Below, in pieces: positions 25,701-37,700 of a stretch of DNA of 64,000 bases. The notes beneath the pieces are model-generated. The model was not told the origin of the DNA and made no database searches. It saw only the letters and a list, made by a program, of their open reading frames with translations. The position numbers were made by a program, and so were the translations under genes. Within the stretch, counting starts at the first letter, position 1. Each line of letters begins with the position of its first letter. The DNA comes from Hemiscyllium ocellatum (lineage: Eukaryota): assembly GCF_020745735.1 (NCBI RefSeq), contig NC_083448.1, positions 12,584,006 to 12,648,005 on the forward strand, written 5' to 3'.

Positions 25701-28700
25701 CTTTGTGGAAGTAACAAGCAACTTCAACAAAGGAGAGCCAGTGAACCTGATCTGTTTAGATTTCCAGATGGCCTTTGACAAGATGCCACACAGGAGGCTG
25801 CAAATTAAGATAAGAGCCCATGGTGTTACGGGTGAGGTACTCGAATGGAAAGAGGATTGGCAGACTGGCAAAAGACAGATAATGGGGACTAAGAAGTCTT
25901 TTTAAGGATGGCATCAGGCAACAAGTGGAGTTCCACATGGGTGTGTGTTGGGACCACAACTATTCATGTGATAACATGAACGATCTGAATGAAGGAACTG
26001 AGGGGATTATTGTAAGATTTGCAGATGACAAGAGGTTTGTGTTGAGGAGGCAAGGAGGCTGCAGAAGGACTCAGACAGGTTAGGACAGTGGGTAAAGAAG
26101 TGGCAGATGGCATACAATGTGGGAAGCATTGAGCTTATGCACTTGTGATAGGATGGATAGAGGCATAGACTATTTTCTAAATGGGTAGGTCTGAGTTAAG
26201 AATTCACTTAAGGTTAACATGCAGGTTCACTTGGCAGTTAGGAAGACAAATGCAATTATTGCATTTATTTTGAGAGGGCTCGAACATAAGAGCAGAGATT
26301 TGGTGCTGAGGCTGCAAAGTGGAGAGGTGCAGGCCACCCTGCAGGCAGTCTGCCTCTATTCCTGATGAAGGGCTTTTGCCCGAAACATTGATTTTCCTGC
26401 TCCTCGAATGCTGCCTGAACTGCTATGCTGTTCCAGCACCACTCTAATCTAGATCAAATGTTATGGGAGAGGCAGGCGAATGGTGTGGACAAACATAGCA
26501 ATCCCAATCAAATGGTAAGCAGACTAGATTAGCTAAATGACCTCAGTCCACTCTGATATCATATGGTTTGTAGTTTTATTTCTAGATGTGATTTCAGTGC
26601 CTCCCACCATATGACATTAGACAAATGAGAAAGGTAGCTGGTTAGGTAAAAGCCTTGGAATAATTTGTTAAAGGTGAAGTATTAGATTTATCGAATGCTT
26701 TACATGAACTTTATCCCAAATTGCTTTAAAACAAGTGAAATGTTCTTTGCCCTGGATATTAATTCTTGTTTCAGTTTTTGTCAATATGTTTAATGACCAT
26801 TTACTTCTGCCAATTAGGTGTTACTCATCTGTAGGCCGTGTTGGTGGAATGCAGCTCATGTCACTGAATCACCAGTGCCTGAAGAAGGGGAAGGGTGTTG
26901 TTGAACACGAGATTATGCATGCACTTGGCTTCTGGCATGAGCATGCGAGGAGTGACCGGGGCAAATACATCAAGATTGAGTGGAAGAATGTATGGCCTGG
27001 TAAAGTGTTTTCCTACTGTTAATTCCTTGCCCCTTGATACAAATGTGCATTATCAACCTGTCAGCAGCAAATTGAACCTTAAGGTAAGCTCATGGGTTTT
27101 CTGTGCCAGGGACCATGAAAAATATTCACAGTACACAAATAGGCATTTGGCCCAACAGATCTAAGTCTATGATATGGCATCTGTGAGCCTTCTGCTGCCC
27201 TTCGCTGTCGAATACTACTAATACATCTACCTATTCTTTTTTCCCTTTTCATCTGGATTCCCAGAAATGCATTTAAAGTATTTGCTTGAATGATACCGAT
27301 GGTTGCTCGTTCCACACGGACACTGAAAGTTTTCCTGAATTCCACCTTGAAAATATTTTGACTATCTTGCATTAGTTCTGGGGCTAATAACAAGTAGATA
27401 TGTCTTTTCCACTGCTTCAGAATGAAACCATTTAATAATCATGAGGACTTCCATACGATCAATCCCTCCAGTACCTGAAAGAAGCACTCATTAAGCCCAG
27501 ATCTGCCCCAGTACTGCAATATTTACTTACACACCTTTCTTTGGAAGTGTAGTCAGAGAAGGGCAAAGCAGCTTTGTACCAATCAAACGTTTCTACAAGA
27601 TGTGTGAATCTGAGAAAAAAGCTGCGATAAACTGGATTAATCACTATTGAAAGAGAAGAGTGATTAAAGTTCAAGCTACTAGACTGGAATAAATCTGCTG
27701 ACTTGTTGGTTGCCCTGTGATTTTTAGTAGAGGTTTTCTTTCGTTGATCAGAACATGCTGAAGGACAAAAATATCTCAATGAAGTATAATTGTGTTTCAC
27801 TCATGTGTACCAGTGACTTCCTGGCTTCTGTTTCAGGTTATGAACATAATTTCTTGAAACAAACCACGAACAATCTCGAGACCAAATATGATTATGGCTC
27901 CATTTTACACTACAGCAGGTGAGAATAGTGCCGAGGTGGTATATGGGAGATGGTAAGCTACTTCTCTCTCTCCTTATACCTTTATGTGGAGGAGCAGCAG
28001 TCTGAACAGTATCACTGGAACTTGTAATGCATTCACGTCTGTTGCAACACCTTGACATGAGATGCAGTTTTTGCAGTTCCTGCGATTCTTAATCTGCATG
28101 TTAGCCACAGCTTTGTATTCACTGTAAACTTGAACTTAACCAAAACTTACGTGAATATTTTAAATTACATCAAATCCATTTACTCATCACCCTTGTGTTA
28201 GCTGGCTGACATTAGCCCACAGTCTAGCAATGCTGTTGACAAAGATTCTTGATTGTTGCTTTCCTGTACCCCCTCCTTATCTCTGATACTTTCTCCCACC
28301 CAAAAACTCTCCAAACTGTCTGCTTCGCACTAATTCTGCATCTTGGGCCTCCTTGATTTTCATTGCTGCACCATTTCTTGTTGCTTGTGGGCAGAATGGC
28401 TGCTCAGTGGTTAGCGCCAGGGACCCGGGTTCAATTCCACCCTCCGGCACTGTCTGTATGGAGTTTACAGTTCTTCTCGTGTCTGCTTGGGTTTCGCGTG
28501 GGTGCTCTGGTTTCCTCCCACAGTCCATTGATGTGCATCTCAGGTGGATTGGCCATGGGAAATGCAGGGTTACAGAGATTGGACAGGGTTAGAGGGGGTG
28601 GGTCTGCATGGGATACTCTTTGGAGGGTGTGTGGACTTGATGGGCCAAATGGCCTGCTTCCACACTGCAGGGATTCTGTGAATAAACTTGTGCCCTGTGT

Positions 28701-31700
28701 TTTTGAATTTCTTCCCTACTTTTCTGCTTATTTATAAAGTAATTCTTTAAATGTCCTCCTCTGAGCAAGCTTTTGGCGAAACCGTGGAGGAGCATATAAG
28801 TACAAGAGATAAAGTTAAAAAGGAAATTAAGAGAGCAAAAAGCTAGCATTAGAAAGTAATGGAATGTAAAATAAAGGAAAGAATGTAGATATTTTACAAG
28901 TAAATTAAGATTGCAAAGTTACTTAGGGAAAGAGTCGAGCCATTCAGGATTATGCTGATAATTTGTGCATGGGGCAATAGGACTTGGGCATAGTTCCATA
29001 TGAATATTTTATGTCAGTATTCACTCATGAAAGAGACAGTGTGGGAAGAGCAATGAAGGAGAAGAATTGTGATTTACCTCAAGGAATTGACACAGAGAGG
29101 AGATTTGGATCGACTTTAAAGTCGATATATCTCTTGGGCCTGATGAAATGTAACCCAGGCTGTTGAGTGAAGCAAGTGAGGAAACAGCAGGAAATAATTT
29201 TGAGTTTCTGTCTGGCCACAGAAGAGGTGCCAGATGGCTGGTGGACAGCCATTGTGGTACTGTCATTAAAGAAGGGAGCAAGGGAGAAACTAAACTCCAA
29301 GCTAGTTAATTTAATGTGTGATGAGGAAACTATTGCAAACAATTCTGCGGATCAGAATCAAGCTGCATGTGGTCCAACATGTCAACAAGACCTTTGATAA
29401 AATCCCACATGGGAAACCTATAGCATGGAATCCAAGGAAATTTGGTTACTTGGAACTACAAATAGCCAAGTGGCTGGAAGCTGGAATCCAGGGATTCGTG
29501 TTGATGCCCTTGTTGTGTGTTGTAAATATACTTGATCTAGATTGAATGTAGGAGGGTTTATCACTAAGGTTGTGGACGATATGAAAGTTGGAGGATAGCC
29601 TTAGATTACAGGAGAATATAAATAGGCTGGTCAGATGGGCAATCATTGACAAATGGAATTCAATCGAGATAATCGTGAGGTGATGCACTTAGGTGGGTCA
29701 AAAAAAGGCAAAGGAATACATGATTAACAGTGGAACCCTGGGAAGCACCAACAATCAGAGGGACCGTGGTGTGCATGCCCAGTGGTCCCTTCAAGTAGAA
29801 GGACAGGAATATAAAATGGTTCAGAAAGCATGTGGGATACTCACCTTTTATTAGCTGAGGCATAGGGTTTAACAGCAGGGAGATGACACAGGAATTGTAT
29901 CAAAGATTAGTTAGGCTGCATTAGTGTATTGTGTGCAGTTGTGGAATACAAATTATAGGGGTGAAGTGATTGCAGTGGAGAGGGTCCAGAGGAGATTGAC
30001 TAGGATGTTGCCTGGGCTGGAGACGTTTACTTAGGAAGAGAGATTGGACAGACTGGGGTTGTTTTCCTTCAAGCAGAGGAGACTGAGGCGGACATGATTG
30101 AGATATATAAAATTAGGAGGGGCATGGACAGAGTTGACGAAAGAAACTTCTCCCTGTCATGGAGAGGATCAATGACTGGGAGCATCAATTTAAGGTTAGG
30201 GGCATTTAAGAGGGTGTGAGGAAAAATGATTTCACCCGGCGGATGGTGGGAATCTCGAACCTCCTGCCTGTCAGGTTGGTTGAGGCAGAAACCCTCAAAA
30301 CATTAAAGATGTATTCAGAGGTACACTTGTGATGCAGAGGTATGCAAGCCTCTGTGTTAAATGATGGAAAATGGAATGAGAATAGTTAGCTGGTTGTTTT
30401 TGACCCACGTTGGCCGAATGGAATGAATGGCATTTTCCTCTGCTGTGGACCATTATGGCTATGACTGTATCTACTCTTACAGCTTATGATGTGTTTTGGT
30501 TTCAAAATTTACTTGCTAATGCACCAGTGAAGCTCCTTGGGACTTGGTATGCCATTGATGTGATAAGATGCAAGTTTTCAAGACATGACTTAATATGCAT
30601 GAAAATTTTTGTTCAATTGTAGGACTGCATTTTCCAAGAATGGACAGCCAACCCTGAGACCACTAATAGATACAGACACTGTGATTGGCCAGCGAAACCG
30701 CCTGAGTGAGCTCGACTTGTTGAAGATTAATCGACTATACAACTGCACCATGCATCTCAAAGATAAGGCCAATGTATTGAAACGTAAGACTGCAAATCTT
30801 ATTTAACGTGTGTGAGAAACAAAGAAGAAAGTACTCAAAGTTTCTGCTGGTTTTGTTTGTGACCAGAACAGATTTGCATTTTTTGAGATTTTTCTGTTCA
30901 GATCCCACTTCATGTCATACGTTTCCAGTGATTTTTCTCACCTAACACTGGCTTTCTGCTTGTACCTGAATCCTTTATTTTGGATGGTGGGAATTAAAAC
31001 TTTTTTTTAAAACAGTGCTGATGGTTATTTAGGTTTTGCCAACCAAAATCTGATGTTGCTTTAAGCGTTCCTGAATTAGAATTCCTTGACCTGTCTCGTC
31101 TCTGATAAGTAGGTGCATTGTCCTAAGATTTTTAAAAGGCTTTTGTGGGAGCTTATTCCAGTTTTATTAAAAGATTCTGGAGTTGCAGCTTCAGGTGGTG
31201 ATTGTTTTGCCATTATGTGCAGGAGAGGAGGGTTCAATCCAAAGCTATGTCAAGAATCTATAAAACTAGGTTCACATTCATTGCCCCTTACGTGATCAGG
31301 GATAGAAAACACATAATTGTTGGTATTGCAGTTTGAAGATGTCTCTTATTCTAGCTAGATATGCGGGATAGTGTCCATCTGTTCTTCAATGAACAGTGAA
31401 TCCTTTTATCTGTCTGATAAAGAATGACATTGGACAAGGAGAATGGTATGTCGATATATCTCAGTGTTGGTACAGTCTGCTGCTTGTGTATGTTTCTAGC
31501 TTTCAGATATGGAAGTCTTTGTGCATAAGAAGGTTGTGATCCCATAACAAATGTTTGTGTTCAAACACAAATAGTAGAAAACTTTGTCTTATGATTTAAA
31601 TGCCTGGATCTCTTCTGATTTGGTTTTAACTGTTCAATATCAGTGACATAGCAGGAGCCACGATTAAGCACATTCTCTTCAATTCCAATCCATGTCCTTC

Positions 31701-34700
31701 ACATAACAGCCTTGAGTCACAGCTTTCTATCTGCATTGTTCATGTTTCTCTTTCTTCTATGCTTTTGGACATAATCATTTTCAATTGTTAACTTGGTCCA
31801 CTCATCTGCATTCAGGATTGTGCCCTTTTGAGCAAAAGAAACTTGATTAAGTGTTCAATACTGGCGAGGGTCTTGACGGTATAAATGTAGATAAGTTGTT
31901 AAAGTGGCTGATTGATGACCAGAGAACACACAGTGAAGGTGATGAAGAAATAACATGAGGAACAGTTTTGTTTTTCTTTTCAATGCATTGTGTGGTGATC
32001 TTGAATTGGAGAGCTGGAAAAATATTTGGATGGGTAGAATATTGCTGAGCTATGGAAAATGAGCTGAGAACAAATCAGGTAACCTCCATGGCCATCAGGT
32101 CCGAAGCTCAGTTGAAAAGGTGACTGAAGTAGGTTAATTGTCAACTAAAAATCCTTCTAAAACATGTATAGCTAGCAAGAGGAGTGGAAATTTTTCATGG
32201 TTAGCCAGAACTGTGTGGTGGTTGCTGTGCAGTAACCATCCCACCTGCAACGTGATGGTGTTTTACACATGTCATACTCTGTGGCAAGCGTGCTCCTCAA
32301 GTTGAGGGACTACTAATAGATAGCTCCATCATGGATATTGCAGACTGAGTTGTTTCCTTCTATATTATCTCATAATATATAAACTGAATTTTGAAGTTGT
32401 AAATCCTGATTTAAACTATTCCATTTCCTTCCCTCTCATCCCACCCAAAACACCCTTAGGTCTTCCCTTGCTGAATGAAAGTGGTTCCTTGCGTGAACTT
32501 GGAAGAACTAAAGAAGCAGAGAGATTAAAACCTCTTTTAGATATTTCTGCTGAAACAGCTGAAGCAAGAGTTCACACCCCAGCACAGCTGGTGGTGAGTT
32601 TGCGTGAGAATGCGTCCACAGTAAATCAAACCATCGCCATTGTGCATGAATATCCCAAGTGCATTCTCCTACGCAAATGTGCACCTATTAGCCAACTGAT
32701 TAAGTCAAGGCCTGAAGTCTACAACACTTCTATCATCACAGCATTCAAGGGATCAGCAACTGAAGCCTCAGAGGGCCAGAGCAGGCCTATTAGTGCACAG
32801 ATCCATAAAGGAAAAGCTAAGACATTTCTGCTTTTGCCCTTTGCTCAGAATCCGATGACAAACTCACTGACAACTCACCCTTCTCTACATGTAATGTCTC
32901 CGACATTGGCGCAGAGGTCTCTGACTCGAGGACCTGCACTCTGCCCCAAAGCATGTGTCAGATGTTGTACCAAGGAGCATGTTTTGCATCCAAACAGCCA
33001 AAATCTAATGGATCATGTTGAACCATTGGCAGGAACTCCGCACACAGTTAAATCTGACTCCCAAACTCAAGCGACAGTGGGGTTTCTGGCTGACTTATTG
33101 ACCACTGGTCAGCAAGATCCTCGACCAGTCAGTTGGTCTGATGTACAAGACACTCATGCACAAACCAGCAATGTTGCTCACCAAGCAGTGCCGTCAGTTG
33201 GGCTGGTTCCAACTTTGACCAATTTGACTTATCCATTGATTATTCCTGACCTAATTCTAAACCAGAGCCATCTACAAAAATTACCTTTTCATTCTCTGAT
33301 CAGTCACACACAGAAGACTGGTCACTTGAAATCAGTGAATCCAGCCAGTCAGTTTAAAATGCCACCCAGGCCTCTGCAGTCCAGCATCTCCATAAAGGAA
33401 ACCATGGGAGTACCTGAGATTCTTTTCAGAGAGTTTCATAACAGAATGGTGACACAGAGAAAGGCACTGACAGTGTCCCCGTATAAAAAAAAGCTGCCTT
33501 TTCTTCTGAAAACTGGAAGCCCTGCTCATTGGAACAAGGCATTTAATTCACGTGACCGTTTGTTGACAGCCATACCTAACCCTGTGGGCACCCTACTGGT
33601 GTCCACCCCAACTACAGTGGGGGCATCCACTCAACCTGGTGATAACCTGTTGTTGTCCACTCCCCCATCGGAGACTCTGCCAGTGTCCACTCCTCCCACA
33701 GATACTCTGCTAGTGTCCACTCCCCCTGCGGACACTCTGCCAGTGTCCACCCACTCTGCAGAGACTCTGCCAGTGTCCATTTCCCCCGTGGAGACTCTGC
33801 CAGTGTCCACCCCTCCCACAGACTCTCTGCTAGTGTCCACTCCCCACGCAGAGATTCTGTCAGTGTCCACTCCCCCTGCAGACTCACTGCCAGTGTCCAC
33901 TCCTCCTGCAGACACTCTGCCAGTGTCCACTACCCATGCAGAGACTCTTGTAGTATCCACTCCTCCCACAGACTCTCTGCCAGTGTCCACTCCCCACGCA
34001 GAGATTCTGCCAGTGTCCACTCCCCCTGCGGACTCACTGCCAGTGTCCACTCCTCCTGCAGACACTCTGCCAGTGTCCACTACCCATGCAGAGACTCTTG
34101 TAGTATCCACTCCTCCCACAGACTCTCTGCCAGTGTCCACTCCCCCGGCAGAGATTCTGCCAGTGTCCACTCCCTGTGCAGACTCTCTGCCAGTGTCCAC
34201 TCCCACCGTAGACACTCTGTCAGTGTCCACTACTCTTGTAGAGACTCTTCCAGTGTCCACTCCTCCCGCAGACACTCTGCCAGTGTCCACTCCCGCTGCA
34301 GATACTCTGCCAATGTCCACTCTTCCTGCGGACACTCTGTCAGAGTCCACCCCCTTTGCAGAGACTCTTCCAGTGTCCATTCCCACTGCAGAAGCTCTGC
34401 CAGTATCCAGTCCCCTCACAGATGATCTGCCAGTGTCCACTCCCCCTGCAGAGATTCTGACAGTGTCCACTCTCCTCACATTCGTTCTGACAGTGTCCAC
34501 TCCAGCAGAGACTCTGCCCATGTCCACTCTCCCTGCAGAGGCTCTGCCAGTATCCAATCCCCCCACAGGTGATCTGCCAGTCTCCACTCCTCCCACAGAC
34601 TCTCTGCCAGTGTCCATTCCTCCTGCAGAAACTCTGCCAGTGTCCACTCCCCTTGCAGAGACTCTGCCAGTGTCCATTCTCTCAGCGGAGAGTCTGCCAG

Positions 34701-37700
34701 GGTCTACCCTCTCAGTGGAGACTCTGCCAGTGTCTACTTCCCCTACAGACACTTTGCCAGTGTCCACTCCCTCAGCAGACATTCTGTCAACAGCAATTCT
34801 CCCCAATGAGACCGTATTAGCATCCACCTCTTCTCCAGAGACATTCCTGGCATCCTTCTCCTTTGTGGCCAACAGTGCAGCAACCATCCAGTCAATAATT
34901 TCTCCATTTACTTTGACGACACGCAACAATCCTCTGACAATTAATCCCTTATATAATGTGCCTTTGATTTCTCCCACTCAGTCAGTGTTGCCTGACAACC
35001 TTGCTGTGGAACTGTTTTGTGACTTCGAATATGGTCTGTGTGACTGGGAACAATCCACAACAGATGATTTTGACTGGGTGCTTCATCGGTGCCAAACATT
35101 CTCAAGAGAAACAGGACCAAAACGTGACCATACGAAAGGCCAGTGCAAACGCCAAGGAGGTAAATAAAAATCTGATGAGTTTGGAGCCATTAACATGACA
35201 GCACAGAGGGAAATGTGGAATAGTGTTTTTTTTTCCAAAACAGACAGAGACTGGAGAAAGAAATGAAAGGGTCTGAGTATGTAAATCTGAAATAAGGTTA
35301 ATTAATGTTTAGAAATAGAATTTGTATTTGAGGTGTTTATTCTCCTGTCAAAGAGATTAAAAATTAGTTCACCGTTCAAAGGATGTGGATGTTGCTACCA
35401 TGATCATTTATATGTGCAGCCTTCCCAACATTTTTTCAGCCCTGTGGGTCAGTAGTTATGTGTTGGTCCAGTTAGGAATGGTTGGTAGATTTCCCCTCCA
35501 ATCAAGAATGAGTGAACCGATGGATTTGAGGTCAATCAGTTGTGATTATTTTTTCTGATGGTAATTTGCGATTGTAATATTGAATTAAGTGGGTTTCAAT
35601 TCACATAAAAGCAGATACTGACAATGCTGGACATCTTAAACAAACAGAAAAGATTCTGGAGAAATGCAGCAGGTCTGGCAGCATCTGAAGGAAAGTGACA
35701 CTGGACTTGAAATGTCACATCTAATTCTGTCTTCACAGACATTGCCAGACCTTCTGAGTTTCTCCAGCAATTTCTCTGCTTTGATTTCACTTCTCAAAAT
35801 GATGGAACTCATAGCTACAACTTAGTCATCCAGCCTCTGCATTCAGAGTCCAGTGATGTGACAGCTGTACTTCTGCACTGGAATTGTTGATTGTTAGGCA
35901 GTGGGCAGTCTGGGTCTCTGTTTATAGTAGTGTTCACTGGGAAAATGTCTTTGTGGATTTACAAACTTGAAAGTAGGAACAGAAGGATTTGCTGATGATG
36001 ACTGGTGTGGATATGCTCAATGGAACAAAGTAACGAAAGGGGAATTTATGATGGTGGGGCTCAAAATTCTTTGTGATTTGAAAGTGTACATTCAGAATTC
36101 ATAACAAGAACATATAAATTCAGAAGTGTCAAGAATTAGATAAACAGTCTCAATTCTAATCGATTTTTGGCTGCATATTTCTGATATTTTGACAGTAGTT
36201 GTGATCACATGGTGTGTTTGGTTAATTTTTCTTCGCTGCAGGTCATTATCTGTACCTGAAAGGTTCATATCCTCAGCAGAGTGGGGAACAGGCAGCACTC
36301 ATCAGCCCTCCACTGAGAGAACAGAAGTGTCTGACCTTCTGGTACAATATGTTTGGGAAACACATGGGTGAGTTGTGAGGCTCCGAGCAGTAAACTCTGG
36401 TCATAACCTGTAATAATTCATGGAAACAATTTGATTTAACATCTTGCCAGAATAGAACAGTGACATAACAAAACTGCTATTTATAACTCTGTGACATTTG
36501 GTGATAGGCAAATGCATGGAGAAAGCAGAGCAGGGAGGTTGAGAAGCAGTGCATGTATCTAGATAGTGCTTATGATGTATCAAGGGCATTGTGGAGGGGT
36601 TGGAGTGTGTTGCAAGAGCAGGTACTCCTGGTTTCTATTATGGTTTGGCCCAGATTGCTCTGTGAGGGTGTCAGAACTGAATTTTGGGGAAACAGCAGTG
36701 TAATCTTAGATTTACTTTTGATCCCATCTATTCAGCTACAAATTGCATTCTGTTTCTGGAAGCCTTTTAATCAGGGCACCACGAGGGGATTACTAAGTTA
36801 AAAATACAGGTGAAGGTTGGACCTGCTGACGGACTGTTTGAATCCATTTTCCTGCAGGTTCCATAAATGTATTCCTGAAATATGAACACACGACTTCCTG
36901 GCACAAGCTGTGGTCTGTCTCTGGAAACCAAGGCCGGAAGTGGCTCAGTGCTGAGATTGACATTTTCACTAATGGAGACAAGTTCCGAGTAAGTCAAAAT
37001 ATGATTTGTGTTTTGTTGTAGGAAAAGTGTCTAAATACAAGCTGTTGAAGAAATTAACCAATCCAAAAGTAAGAAGTAGTTAAACCAACCAGCATGCTTT
37101 GTTTTTTGTCATCTGCGGACTGTGCCATGCAGTGACCTGGTGGGTGATGTGGGTGCAATGAAGGCTGAGTGAGTATTTTCATGTACCCTGAAGCATCCAT
37201 CTGCTCACTGGATATTGATGTGATTGCTGTTTGTGGATTGAGACTCCAGCATTTGAGAGTGGAATTCTAGGTACCCATTAATGCAAGGCATTTTACAACA
37301 CACTGATGTGGGGTTGGGCAAACCGTTTAATATTTCCCTGGCCGTGAACCAAATTTAAGCTTGAGTTACTGACTCTGAAACATCTCTGTCCTTCTCTGCA
37401 CTGCTACAGGTCAACGCCAAGGGTACCAACCTGTGATTATCCTGGTGGGGTTGCAAGAAGAGTTTGCATTCCTTACAGAATGGCAATAAGCCTCTGAGGC
37501 AGGCAAAGACAGTTTAAATGCTTACCTTACAAAATATTCTTGGCTGCCTCTTTTTGAACAGATTGGTCCAAAATTTCCTGGACACTGATTAACCCAGAAG
37601 GACTTTACTGGCTGCTGAGACTGGCTGCCCATGATGCAGCAAAATGACCAGCAACAGATCATCTTTGGAGGGTGGTGCAAAAGGTAGCTTTCAGAGGCCA

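Larger units (their letters stand above)
24190..26570 (+). mobile_element. Degraded CR1 LINE with internal deletions and nested insertions
   Basis: [13 protein letters not shown] (EN), [13 protein letters not shown]...[12 protein letters not shown] (RT), FADD remnant at ~26018. Confidence 0.85.

Noticed and set aside
33641-34860. CRISPR-like appearance of regular repeats (also 1055-2055)
   Set aside because: Eukaryotic DNA, tandem units without unique spacers, and no cas genes.
33631-34977. 448-aa antisense ORF (GVDTGRVSA repeats)
   Set aside because: Mirror of the stop-poor 30-nt coding repeat; it extends little beyond the repeat and has no independent support.
32468-35167. 899-aa ORF as a stand-alone gene
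   Set aside because: Starts at TTG just after a splice acceptor and ends mid-MAM at a donor, so it is an internal exon.
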